A stretch of DNA of 64,000 nucleotides from NCBI GenBank assembly GCA_040900375.1, contig JBBDZC010000003.1, positions 64,586 to 128,585 on the forward strand, written 5' to 3'. The stretch comes from Candidatus Anderseniibacteriota bacterium. Its GTDB lineage: Bacteria; Patescibacteriota; Andersenbacteria; UBA10190. The translations under genes and the position numbers were made by a program. Shown here one piece after another: positions 1-8,743 of the stretch (position 1 is its first letter; every line of letters starts with the position of its first letter). Below the pieces are notes generated by a model. That model was not told the origin of the DNA, made no database searches, and saw nothing but the letters and a program-made list of their open reading frames with translations.

Positions 1-1038
1 AGCCAATAACTGCTCTATATCATGCGCAAAACCAGCTGTGTCACTCGGGCTACGGAGTAGAGCAGCCCGACCCACCACCTCTGGGAGAGCCGTCGTGTTA
101 GCAGTCAGTACCGGTGTTCCCGCGGCGAGCGCCTCAAGTGGTGGCAGACCGAATCCTTCAAAACGCGAGGGATACAGTAACATGGCTGCCAAATTATATA
201 ATTCATTCAGTTTGGCACTCGTCACCTGACCCACAAAACGAACTTTTTCCTGAATCCCTAAACGATCTATCTCCTGAAGTAATGCGGCCCGGCCGCTCGC
301 TACCCCCGGCTCACCAACTTTTAAGAAAACCAGCTCTGGTCGGTGAGCTGCGACCTGCGCAAAAGCTCGCACTGCCGTAACGACATTCTTACGGGGGTGA
401 TCAGAACCAACATACAAGACAACAAGGTTACTGGCTCTAATCTTTAATTCCTGCTGGAGCGTCAAGTAACCGACGGTTTGCTTAAAATCAGGTATTACAT
501 GGAATTCCTCACCCACGCCATTGGGAATAACCGAGATTTTCGCCGCGGATATCCCATAGTACTGCTGCAGTGTCGAAGAAGTATACTTCGAGACGGTGAT
601 AATATGTCGCGCGCGGCGAATACCACTGTACAAGTAACGCGCGGCTAGACCACTTAGTGGCGTCTGGGGCTCTAAGAGTTCAATAATGTCATGCACTGTC
701 ACCACCGCCGGCACGGCCCGCTCGAGTACGAAACTCAATGTTTGATTAGTGGCGTGCCAGAGTTGATGATGCGAGACTGTTGTAAGAAAATACCGTACTT
801 TACGCCCGAGGCGAATCCAGGTAATAGTTTTTGCGCCTAATGGACCAGGCAAGTGATACAAGGGAAACATAGTAGTGTCACCGCGCCGCACTACGCCCTG
901 GTTGCCATCAATATTAAATTCAATCAGCGGCACCTCCAATTCCTGCAGGGCTTCTTTGACTTTCAGGGCCCGCTGACCCACGCCGGAATTGATACCGGCA
1001 TTGGTGATATAGGCGACACTGGGTAGTGTATGAGGCAT
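1..1038 (-). CDS. GT4 family glycosyltransferase, C-terminus truncated by window edge
   Basis: Minus-strand ORF starting at ATG 1038..1036 and running off the window. My translation starts MPHTLPSVAYITNAG and contains the GT4 C-terminal signature 'PSRFEGFGLPPLEALAAGTPVL'. Its start lies 3 nt downstream of the stop of the next GT4 gene on the same strand. Confidence 0.75.
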   Translation of the reverse strand, partial: MPHTLPSVAYITNAGINSGVGQRALKVKEALQELEVPLIEFNIDGNQGVVRRGDTTMFPLYHLPGPLGAKTITWIRLGRKVRYFLTTVSHHQLWHATNQTLSFVLERAVPAVVTVHDIIELLEPQTPLSGLAARYLYSGIRRARHIITVSKYTSSTLQQYYGISAAKISVIPNGVGEEFHVIPDFKQTVGYLTLQQELKIRASNLVVLYVGSDHPRKNVVTAVRAFAQVAAHRPELVFLKVGEPGVASGRAALLQEIDRLGIQEKVRFVGQVTSAKLNELYNLAAMLLYPSRFEGFGLPPLEALAAGTPVLTANTTALPEVVGRAALLRSPSDTAGFAHDIEQLLA

Positions 1039-1041
1039 AAC

Positions 1042-2223
1042 TCAAACTAAAGACGCATACACTGCTCGAGTAGTCTCTGCCACCTGTGCCCAGGAAAATC
1101 CTTGTACGTGCATCTGCCCCGCTTGCCGCAGCGCTATTTTTTTCTGCTCGTCCTGGGCAAGGGCTTTTATGGCCTGTGACAGCCGGGACTGAAAATCTCT
1201 GTCACCAGTCCGCTTGGCTATTACCCCTACCCCAAAAGGTACAACAATTCCCGCTCTCCCGACCACTTCAGGCAAAGCGCCGCCATCACTCACAATTATA
1301 GGAGTACCGCAGGCCATCGCCTCTAACGGCGGGAGTCCCCACCCCTCGTAAACTGACGGCCAAACAAAGAGATCAGCCCCAGAATAGAGCGTCGGCAAAT
1401 TCAGGGGCGATACCATCTCAAGAATCTTGATTCGGGCGGCTACCACCGACCTACTTTTTGCGCGCAGTACTGCCTCATATCCTCGGCCGCGCTTGCCCGC
1501 GATTACTAAATCATGAGGCACAGTGGCGGCAATTGCGGAAAAGGCCGCAATCAGCGCCGGAATATTTTTACGAGGTTCAAGCGTACCCACAAAGAGAATG
1601 TAGGGATTAAGTAACTGCGTCGCCTGCCGGAACTGCTGGATAGCTGCTTCTCCGGCGCGGGTAAATTGCTGCTGATTTACGGCCAGGGGCGTCACGGTGA
1701 TTTTCTCCAGTGGCACCTGTAAATGATTACTAATATCGCGCTTACTGCTGTCTGATATCGTAATAATGTGATCACTCGTGCGGGCGGCGTGAACAAGCGT
1801 AAGCGGCCAGTACCATCGTCGAGTTAGCCTCTGTGACTGCGGAAACAACAGGGGAATAACATCATAGATAGTTACCACCGTCGGCGCAATCTTCTTGAGC
1901 GGCACCGCTGCTTTAGTAAAGTGAACGACATCAGGACGTAGACGCCGCAGGGCCCAAGGCACCTGCCACCACAACCACAGCAGAAGCAACGCTTCATGGG
2001 ACAACGGTACCGTTAACTCACGCATATGGGTAAACGTGCCTTCGTGGCGGGCGTTATCATAGATCACGCTATAGGTAGCGGCCGAATCCCGTGAGAGTTC
2101 CCGCAATAATTCCCTGGTATACGTCTTAATCCCCATCGAGGCAGACAGCGAGCGCGCTTCAATTGCGATATGCATATCAGTGTTTCTGGCTAGTAAGTAA
2201 CACCTGTTCGAATTTCTGAGCAA
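1042..2223 (-). CDS. GT4 family glycosyltransferase
   Basis: 393 aa ORF with the 'EGWGLPPLEAMACGTPIIVSDGGALPEVV' GT4 E-x7-E motif region. Overlaps the upstream GT4 ORF by 47 nt, which fits translational coupling. Confidence 0.85.
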   Translation of the reverse strand: MLRNSNRCYLLARNTDMHIAIEARSLSASMGIKTYTRELLRELSRDSAATYSVIYDNARHEGTFTHMRELTVPLSHEALLLLWLWWQVPWALRRLRPDVVHFTKAAVPLKKIAPTVVTIYDVIPLLFPQSQRLTRRWYWPLTLVHAARTSDHIITISDSSKRDISNHLQVPLEKITVTPLAVNQQQFTRAGEAAIQQFRQATQLLNPYILFVGTLEPRKNIPALIAAFSAIAATVPHDLVIAGKRGRGYEAVLRAKSRSVVAARIKILEMVSPLNLPTLYSGADLFVWPSVYEGWGLPPLEAMACGTPIIVSDGGALPEVVGRAGIVVPFGVGVIAKRTGDRDFQSRLSQAIKALAQDEQKKIALRQAGQMHVQGFSWAQVAETTRAVYASLV

Positions 2224-3319
2224 TGGTATCCCAATAAAATTCTTTCACCTTTTGCCGGTTATTGTCAGCCAGCTGCCGGCAAAGAGTTTTATTCTCTAAA
2301 AGCGTGGTTACCGCGCCCTGCAACTGTCGTGGATCATTCGGCGGCACCAGTAGGGCGTTTTCATTATGGCGCAAAAAATCAGTTTGCCCGCCGCTATTTG
2401 TGGCCACAATAGGCAACCCAGCTGCCATTGCCTCGAGAAAGACAATCCCAAAGCCTTCATGAGTAGCGCCCGATACATACCCGTCAGCTACCCCCAGTAC
2501 CTGCATTTTTCGTTCTTCACTTAAAAAACCGGTAAGGTGCACGCGATTCTCAAGCTGTAATTCTTTAAGCAATGCTGACAATTGAGGCGCTAGCGGCCCG
2601 CTACCAATAATTACCAAGTGAGCGCGGGGAATATGTTGCCAAGCACGAATAAGGGCAACGTAGCCTTTACGAGGAATCAGCCGCCCGATAGAAACAAAAA
2701 GAGGTACGCCTTCCGGCAAAGCTAACTCTGCTCGTGAATACCTGGGTATAACTTGCGGCATAAGCCCTAGGGGAGTGACGGTAATCGGTAGAGTAACACC
2801 GTGCAGTTGCTGGGCCCGCCGCTTGGTGTCGTGAGAGATAGCCGTCCCCTGAACCGCTTGCCGAGAAATAAGGCGAATGATCTGCCGCAACAACCAAGAG
2901 CGATGAGGAGACAGATGCTTGGAAGGATCATACACATCACCACCGATAAAACTGACCACCAGGGGGATATGGTAGAGCCGCGATAAGAACGCTGCCGGTA
3001 TCCCCGAAGGAATGACAAATTGGGCGTTAATCACATCAAACTGCTGCTGGCGTAACAGTCGCCAGCCGCCGAAAATTGCCGCCGGCACAAAAGAGAGCAG
3101 GGAAAGTAGTGAAGCAGTTGGTAGCCTCCGACGACCGATGACACGCACCCGGGTAATACTCACTCCCCGACTGACCTCCTGGCGTGGCAATCCCGGATAC
3201 CAGGTGGTCAAAATAGATACTTGGTGGGATTGGGCTAAAATCTCGGCTAAGTGCCGCGTCGCTACCCCACCCCCGCCGCCCAATGGTGGGTACTCAAAAT
3301 TAATAATCAGAATCCTCAT
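2177..3319 (-). CDS. GT4 family glycosyltransferase (PimA-like)
   Basis: 380 aa. The N-terminus 'MRILIINFEYPPLGGGGGVATRHLAEIL' is typical of GT4 enzymes, and 'HEGFGIVFLEAMAAGLPIVATNSGG' is the C-terminal nucleotide-sugar binding motif. Confidence 0.85.
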   Translation of the reverse strand: MRILIINFEYPPLGGGGGVATRHLAEILAQSHQVSILTTWYPGLPRQEVSRGVSITRVRVIGRRRLPTASLLSLLSFVPAAIFGGWRLLRQQQFDVINAQFVIPSGIPAAFLSRLYHIPLVVSFIGGDVYDPSKHLSPHRSWLLRQIIRLISRQAVQGTAISHDTKRRAQQLHGVTLPITVTPLGLMPQVIPRYSRAELALPEGVPLFVSIGRLIPRKGYVALIRAWQHIPRAHLVIIGSGPLAPQLSALLKELQLENRVHLTGFLSEERKMQVLGVADGYVSGATHEGFGIVFLEAMAAGLPIVATNSGGQTDFLRHNENALLVPPNDPRQLQGAVTTLLENKTLCRQLADNNRQKVKEFYWDTIAQKFEQVLLTSQKH

Positions 3320-3325
3320 AGCCGT

Positions 3326-5425
3326 CTAGGGTGTACTCAAGGCCGGATTTTGTAAAATTAATTTCTCTGGTTTGAGATTAGCAAAGCCAAGCGTAGTCTT
3401 ACCGGGAGGAACAGTAAAATGGACCTCGACTGCCACGGGTGTACCACTTCCTTGAGCCTGCCACATCACTTCTCCTGCTTGGGTAATCTGTAATTGACGA
3501 TGAGATTGGGATCCAAAACTAAAGGCCAGCGTTATTGAACGAGCTTGCGAGTGAGTATTAGTAACAATCACTTCTGCTGGCTGGGTAATTTCCGCAAAGG
3601 TGGCCTGACGGGCAGCATCATAAGCATAGCCCCATCCCTCTCCGCGCTGCATAAAAATCCCGTCACTTGGTGGTAAAGATGATTCAGGGGTCGTATACAA
3701 GACCGCATCATCGAAGGACTGCGGAACAAGTCTTAACTGTTGCTCTAAAAATTCACGGAGAATAGTTGCCTGATGAGGAGTAACAGAATCAAGATGGAGA
3801 ATAATCGCGGCCACCTTCTGGGCACGCAGCCCATCGGCTGCGGTCTCTACCATATCCTGGCCAAAGAACTCGCTCCGGCCTAAGGCCAGGTGATTAGTGC
3901 GGAGGTAGAGTAATTGGCGCAGTGCCGGCAGGGAACGAGCCTCATCCAAAACAGCTGGTGTCTCTCCCCGCTCTAGGGCGATGTTGCCCATAACTGTCTT
4001 GCCGTGGAAAAGGCTGGCATACAGCGCCCGCGAGGCGGTGACATAATTGGTGGCAGCGGGAATTTCAATGATTACTTCTCCTGGTAGCGATCGTACTGAT
4101 GCATACACAGGACTGACGGTCACGGCCTGCAATGGAATGGGCACGGCTAAAAACTCAAGAAGAATAGCGGCGGCTACGACTGCGACTAAGCTTTGTCGTT
4201 TAAATTGGGTCGCCACGACCAAGGCTACGAGCACGCTTAAAGATAAGCCCACCATTACACTAGCCCGGGCGACTGTTCTCACCGCGCTCACTACCGGCAA
4301 GCGATCAATCAAGGCAAATGGCAGTGGTAAAGGGGTAATAATGCCCATAAGGTGCAACCGGGGACCAAGACTTATAATGCCAAATACAAGGGCAGTAGTT
4401 ACCCAAAAATATTTTTGATTCCTTGGTAACTGCTGATGAAAAAACAAGAACAAGAGCAGCGGAACAATCCCCAGGAAATGGGTCGCTTCGGCAACGTTCC
4501 CCGTAAAATATTGCGCAAAGTAGGTGGCTACGAGTCCTCCCCAGAGAGGGTGAAATACCGCGGGAATAATATAGGCAAAAGGATCGGCAGAAAAACGTAT
4601 TGTCTGCTCTTGGCCTAATACCAGCGCTTCATCAGTAGAGGCCGCCAGTCGAATGGTTGGCCAGTTTGATACAAGCACCACAGTTACCGCCACTAACAAA
4701 ATAACCACTCCTCCCCAAAAACGAGCAGGAGATTGAGTGAGGTGGCGTGTAAAAGTTCTGCGGTACCACATTACAAAGATAACGGTAAATAGTCCTACCC
4801 ACAGCGCGTAGTGATGTTCAGTCCACACTTGAATCACCAGTAACAACGCTAACCAAAAACAATCGCGCCAGCGCCACCGATCGCGCAGACGATGGAGTAC
4901 CAGGAGGAAAAGCGGCAGCCACTGCAGTTGCAGCGCGCCAAAATGTCCAAGCGCATGAGCAAAATGGTAAGGCAAGAACATGTACACCATCCCCCCTAGG
5001 AGTGCGGCACTCTCTCCAAGCAAGGCTGGCGGCCGCGAGGGAAGTTGGTGAATTAAATATCGGCAGAGCGCGTACATGCCCCAGCCTGAAATGATAAACG
5101 ATAGCAGCCAGACAAGATTATAAGTTAGCGGCTGGCCAAATAATGGTTGTAGCCACAGCCATGGCCAAACGGAAAGATTAACCAGTCGCGGCGACCCCCC
5201 TCCCAAGAATTCCTGAATCACATATTCTCCCCACTCTCCAGCCGCCGCTCTATCTAGATGCTCGGCGGTCGCCATAAACCGCCACATCGTTTGCCAAGGG
5301 TCCCCACCGATACCTGCAACATGGGTAGTAAAACTAGCCGCAACAGGCCAAGTCATTATAAGACTTATGGCTGTATACAGCGCTAATGTTAGCGCATGGG
5401 TAAGAGCGTTTTTCATTGACACCAA
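3326..5425 (-). CDS. large polytopic membrane protein, putative GT-C fold glycosyltransferase ('GGDPW' loop subfamily) with C-terminal soluble domain
   Basis: 699 aa with more than 10 predicted hydrophobic helices in the N-terminal two-thirds. The first-loop motif 'GIGGDPWQTMWRF' is shared with ORF 46319..48715 ('SGGDPYNYLF'). The C-terminal region is hydrophilic. Family-level call only. Confidence 0.55.
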   Translation of the reverse strand: MVSMKNALTHALTLALYTAISLIMTWPVAASFTTHVAGIGGDPWQTMWRFMATAEHLDRAAAGEWGEYVIQEFLGGGSPRLVNLSVWPWLWLQPLFGQPLTYNLVWLLSFIISGWGMYALCRYLIHQLPSRPPALLGESAALLGGMVYMFLPYHFAHALGHFGALQLQWLPLFLLVLHRLRDRWRWRDCFWLALLLVIQVWTEHHYALWVGLFTVIFVMWYRRTFTRHLTQSPARFWGGVVILLVAVTVVLVSNWPTIRLAASTDEALVLGQEQTIRFSADPFAYIIPAVFHPLWGGLVATYFAQYFTGNVAEATHFLGIVPLLLFLFFHQQLPRNQKYFWVTTALVFGIISLGPRLHLMGIITPLPLPFALIDRLPVVSAVRTVARASVMVGLSLSVLVALVVATQFKRQSLVAVVAAAILLEFLAVPIPLQAVTVSPVYASVRSLPGEVIIEIPAATNYVTASRALYASLFHGKTVMGNIALERGETPAVLDEARSLPALRQLLYLRTNHLALGRSEFFGQDMVETAADGLRAQKVAAIILHLDSVTPHQATILREFLEQQLRLVPQSFDDAVLYTTPESSLPPSDGIFMQRGEGWGYAYDAARQATFAEITQPAEVIVTNTHSQARSITLAFSFGSQSHRQLQITQAGEVMWQAQGSGTPVAVEVHFTVPPGKTTLGFANLKPEKLILQNPALSTP

Positions 5426-5434
5426 TTCTACTCT

Positions 5435-6421
5435 TTAAGCTCGTGCACGAACAACTTTTAGAGATTGCCGTTCAGCTGCCACCATGATGTAAATAATTTC
5501 CTCTAGCGTATGCTTTGATTGAAAACCAATTGCCCGATAGACCTTATCGATATTAGGTTGGCGGCGTGCGGCATCATCAAATCCAGACTTATATGCTTCA
5601 GTGTAGGGAATATACTCTTTAACACTAGTACTTTCTGTGGCAGCAATTACGCGATCGGCCAGCTCGTTTATCGTCACCTGCTCTGGGTTGCCAACGTTAT
5701 ACACTTGTCCGACTGTCTTACTGCTCTCCATTAGGCGTTCAAGCGCCCACACGACATCTCGTACATATCCAAAACACCGTGACTGCTCACCATTACCATG
5801 GATAGTTAGCGGCTCATTGCGGAGTGCCTGACGAATAAACGTCGGTAGCACCATGCCGTATTTACTTGTTTGCCGCTCTCCAACCGTATTAAAAAGCCTC
5901 ACAATAGTTACAGGCAGTTGGTACTCGTGGTAATACGCGAATGCTAGATATTCATCAAGAGCCTTTGAGCAGGCATACGACCAACGGCTTTTAATAGTCT
6001 CGCCCATGCGTAAGTCATCATCCTCGCGTGAAGGCGTGTCGCTGCTTTTGCCGTACACCTCTGAGGTAGATGTAAGTAAAACTTTTTTTCCCGCTCGGCT
6101 CGCCACTTTGAGTACCGCTTCCGTCCCAGCAATGTTGTTATGGATAGAGGCCACTAAGTTGTCCATAATATGTTTGACACCAACAGAAGCTGCCAGATGA
6201 TAAACTTGCTCAACATTGTTCATCACCGGTTCGAGCATAGCCTCATCGCGCACATCACCTTCAATTATATGAAGGTGCTCCACGTGTAGATGGGCAAGAT
6301 TCTCTCTTGAGCCAGTCGAGAAGTTATCAACTACCCACACCTCGTGTCCTTTTTGAAGCAGCTGTTCCGTTACATGTGAGCCAATAAACCCAGCTCCGCC
6401 AGTGATAAGTATGCGTTTCAT
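5435..6421 (-). CDS. NAD-dependent sugar epimerase/dehydratase (extended SDR)
   Basis: 328 aa. It has the Rossmann motif 'ILITGGAGFIGSHV' and the catalytic YxxxK 'YACSKALDEY'. The start overlaps the stop of the downstream DUF2304-like gene as TAATG. Confidence 0.85.
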   Translation of the reverse strand: MKRILITGGAGFIGSHVTEQLLQKGHEVWVVDNFSTGSRENLAHLHVEHLHIIEGDVRDEAMLEPVMNNVEQVYHLAASVGVKHIMDNLVASIHNNIAGTEAVLKVASRAGKKVLLTSTSEVYGKSSDTPSREDDDLRMGETIKSRWSYACSKALDEYLAFAYYHEYQLPVTIVRLFNTVGERQTSKYGMVLPTFIRQALRNEPLTIHGNGEQSRCFGYVRDVVWALERLMESSKTVGQVYNVGNPEQVTINELADRVIAATESTSVKEYIPYTEAYKSGFDDAARRQPNIDKVYRAIGFQSKHTLEEIIYIMVAAERQSLKVVRARA

Positions 6422-6795
6422 TACTTCTTTTGCCGCTTTAATTCTTCCTTGAGTATAGCATGCTCTTGGGCAAGGTCGCGGATACGCTTATCATACCCGG
6501 TAAGCAGTATCGAAAAATGGATAGCTAGAAGGAAAAGGCCACCAATCAGTATCAGAAAGAGGGCGGTCGGCGAATAATCAATACCCGCCAAGTCGGCTAG
6601 TATCTCAAGCAGGCGAGCAAATATTGATAGAACAACAAGCGACAGCCCAAGCAAGATCCAAATAATAGAGTATCCCTCTTTTAAGTAACCACGGCGGATG
6701 AGATGCACGATAATGAGCAGTAATAATCCACTAAAGAGTATCGACAGTACTTGTACTCGTAATGGAATAACATCAAAAATGAGATAATTAATCAT
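6421..6795 (-). CDS. small membrane protein, DUF2304-like (GT2-associated)
   Basis: 124 aa with three hydrophobic helices and a charged C-terminal tail. It sits 2 nt downstream of a DPM1-like GT2. This pairing is recurrent in established annotations. Confidence 0.6.
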   Translation of the reverse strand: MINYLIFDVIPLRVQVLSILFSGLLLLIIVHLIRRGYLKEGYSIIWILLGLSLVVLSIFARLLEILADLAGIDYSPTALFLILIGGLFLLAIHFSILLTGYDKRIRDLAQEHAILKEELKRQKK

Positions 6796-6797
6796 AA

Positions 6798-7520
6798 TTA
6801 CCGTGAAGGTGCTTTAAAGCCGCTCATCACAATCGCAATGGCGTTTGAAATGAGAAAATATGCAGCTCGGAATCCGAGATCTTTCCCTAAAGAGGATTGA
6901 CCAGATAAACGATTAACCATTACGACCATTACTTCTTTTAATCGAAAACCATTGCGCAACATAGTTACAATTGATTCCGGTTCAGGGAAATCAGAAGGAT
7001 AGTGCCGAGCCACAAATTCTAAGGCTAATCGGTTATACGCCCGATAGCCAGAGGTGGAATCATACACTCGCTTATTTGTTACAATTCCAATTAGCCAAGC
7101 AAAAAGGCGTATGCCAAACAGGCGCAAAAAAGAAGCTTTATATCCAATGGGTTTCAAAAATCGGCTACCGATTACCATGTCCACCTCCCCATCCTCCAGC
7201 ACCCTCAGAAGGTCTGGAATGAATTGGGGGTCATGCTGGCCATCGGCATCCACCTGCATAGCAATTTCGTATCCATAGCGATACGCATATTTAAACCCAG
7301 TTTGCATAGCGCCTCCAATCCCTAAATTAATAGGCAAATCAAGTACCGGCACCCCTTTGAGCTCCGCCACCTTTCGCGTACCATCAGAAGAGGCATCGTT
7401 TACGACGACTAGTTGGGCAGCTGGAACAAAATAACGGATGTTATCAATAACTGTGCCTATTGAGCCCTCTTCGTTATAGGCAGGGATAATAACACAGACT
7501 TTTTTGTATTGTGTATTCAT
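6798..7520 (-). CDS. GT2 family polyprenyl-phosphate sugar synthase (DPM1/Ppm1-like, soluble catalytic domain)
   Basis: 240 aa. Motifs 'VIIPAYNEEGSIGTVI', 'VVNDASSDGT' and 'VDADGQHDP' match the dolichyl/polyprenyl-phosphate mannose synthase family. There is no C-terminal TM segment. Confidence 0.75.
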   Translation of the reverse strand: MNTQYKKVCVIIPAYNEEGSIGTVIDNIRYFVPAAQLVVVNDASSDGTRKVAELKGVPVLDLPINLGIGGAMQTGFKYAYRYGYEIAMQVDADGQHDPQFIPDLLRVLEDGEVDMVIGSRFLKPIGYKASFLRLFGIRLFAWLIGIVTNKRVYDSTSGYRAYNRLALEFVARHYPSDFPEPESIVTMLRNGFRLKEVMVVMVNRLSGQSSLGKDLGFRAAYFLISNAIAIVMSGFKAPSR

Positions 7521-7550
7521 GGCATCATACTAGGTTAAACAGCTAATTAT

Positions 7551-8714
7551 ATGCAGAAAAGCCCGCAAAAGGAAATCGCAAGCAGGCAGCAGATACTTGT
7601 TTTTTGCCCTCTCTACCCGCCGCACATTGGCGGTCTCGAAAGCCATGCCGAGCAGTGGAACGAAGAAATGGCTCGGACCGGCTACTCAATTACTGTCTGG
7701 ACGCCGCATATCGCAGGCGGAGCAACGCAGGAAGAAAAGAATGGGGTAAACATATTCCGTTTTCCTGCGTGGGAACTCATCGCCAATTATCCCGTCCCTA
7801 AATTCTGGCACCCGCTGTTTTGGCGCCAGTGGCGCGAAATAGCCACTACCCTAAAAGCTAGGCCAATAATCGTTTCCCGCACGCGTTTTTTCCTAACCTC
7901 GCTGATGGCGCTTACATTTGCAAAAGTGTCAAAAAAGCATTGGCTGCACATTGAACACGGTTCGGATTTTGTGCAGCTTACCAATCGGCTGCCGCGCACA
8001 TTAGCACGGCTGTACGACTACACCTTTGGCCGGCTTGTCCTGCGACAGGCAGATGCTGTCGTAGCAAACTCTAAGGCATCCGCCGCATTTGTTCAGCAGC
8101 TCTCCGGCCGCAGCGTCGATGCTGTTGTATATCGTGGCATTAATGGCAAAGAGATAGCAAAAATACCAGCAGCAGCAAAACTACCCGTGCCCACAATCAC
8201 GTACGTTGGTCGGCTTATTAGCAGTAAGGGAGTGCAAGACCTTATAACTGCTCTGCCCATGATCAAAGAAAGCAAGTGGCATTGCTGGATAATTGGCGAT
8301 GGCCCGCAGCGCCCAGTGCTCGAACGGCAAGCTTGGGAGCTTGGCATTGCAGACCGGGTATCATTCCTCGGTGAAAAGCCTTGGGAGGAAACGATTGCTC
8401 ACATGAAAGCTTCACATATTATCGTTAACCCAAGCTACACCGAGGGGCTCCCCACGAGTGTGATTGAGGCCGTTATAGCTGGCATCCCCGTTATCGCCAC
8501 CGATGTTGGCGGAACTACCGAGGTTATTTCAAGCAAGCAAGATGGTATATTAGTACCTCCCCATAATATTTCTGCACTTTTAGAGGCGCTAAACCGGTTA
8601 CTTTCACACTCAATACGACAGGCGATCAAAGCGCCAGGTGCTAGAAATCTCGCTTCTGAGAGATTTTCCTGGCAATTTAATGCAGAGGCATACCAAAAAA
8701 TCATAAAAAACTAA
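7551..8714 (+). CDS. GT4 family glycosyltransferase
   Basis: 387 aa with the N-terminus 'ILVFCPLYPPHIGGLESH' and the GT4 C-terminal motif 'SYTEGLPTSVIEAVIAGIPVIATDVGG'. Confidence 0.85.
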   Translation: MQKSPQKEIASRQQILVFCPLYPPHIGGLESHAEQWNEEMARTGYSITVWTPHIAGGATQEEKNGVNIFRFPAWELIANYPVPKFWHPLFWRQWREIATTLKARPIIVSRTRFFLTSLMALTFAKVSKKHWLHIEHGSDFVQLTNRLPRTLARLYDYTFGRLVLRQADAVVANSKASAAFVQQLSGRSVDAVVYRGINGKEIAKIPAAAKLPVPTITYVGRLISSKGVQDLITALPMIKESKWHCWIIGDGPQRPVLERQAWELGIADRVSFLGEKPWEETIAHMKASHIIVNPSYTEGLPTSVIEAVIAGIPVIATDVGGTTEVISSKQDGILVPPHNISALLEALNRLLSHSIRQAIKAPGARNLASERFSWQFNAEAYQKIIKN

Positions 8715-8743
8715 TTACTAAACAAAGACCTTCCTAGATAGAT

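Noticed and set aside
38-380. Plus-strand ORFs 38..229 and 114..380
   Set aside because: They lie antisense inside a well-supported minus-strand GT4 gene (1..1038) that carries the EX7E motif region. They have low-complexity Ala/Ser/Arg-rich translations typical of GC-rich antisense frames.
4047-4418. Numerous 60-170 aa ORFs on the opposite strand of large genes (e.g. 4047..4418, 8800..9186, 14346..14750, 21970..22770, 23397..23903, 29882..30496)
   Set aside because: All are embedded antisense or out-of-frame in strongly supported CDSs with recognisable motifs. Their translations have no motifs and skewed composition.
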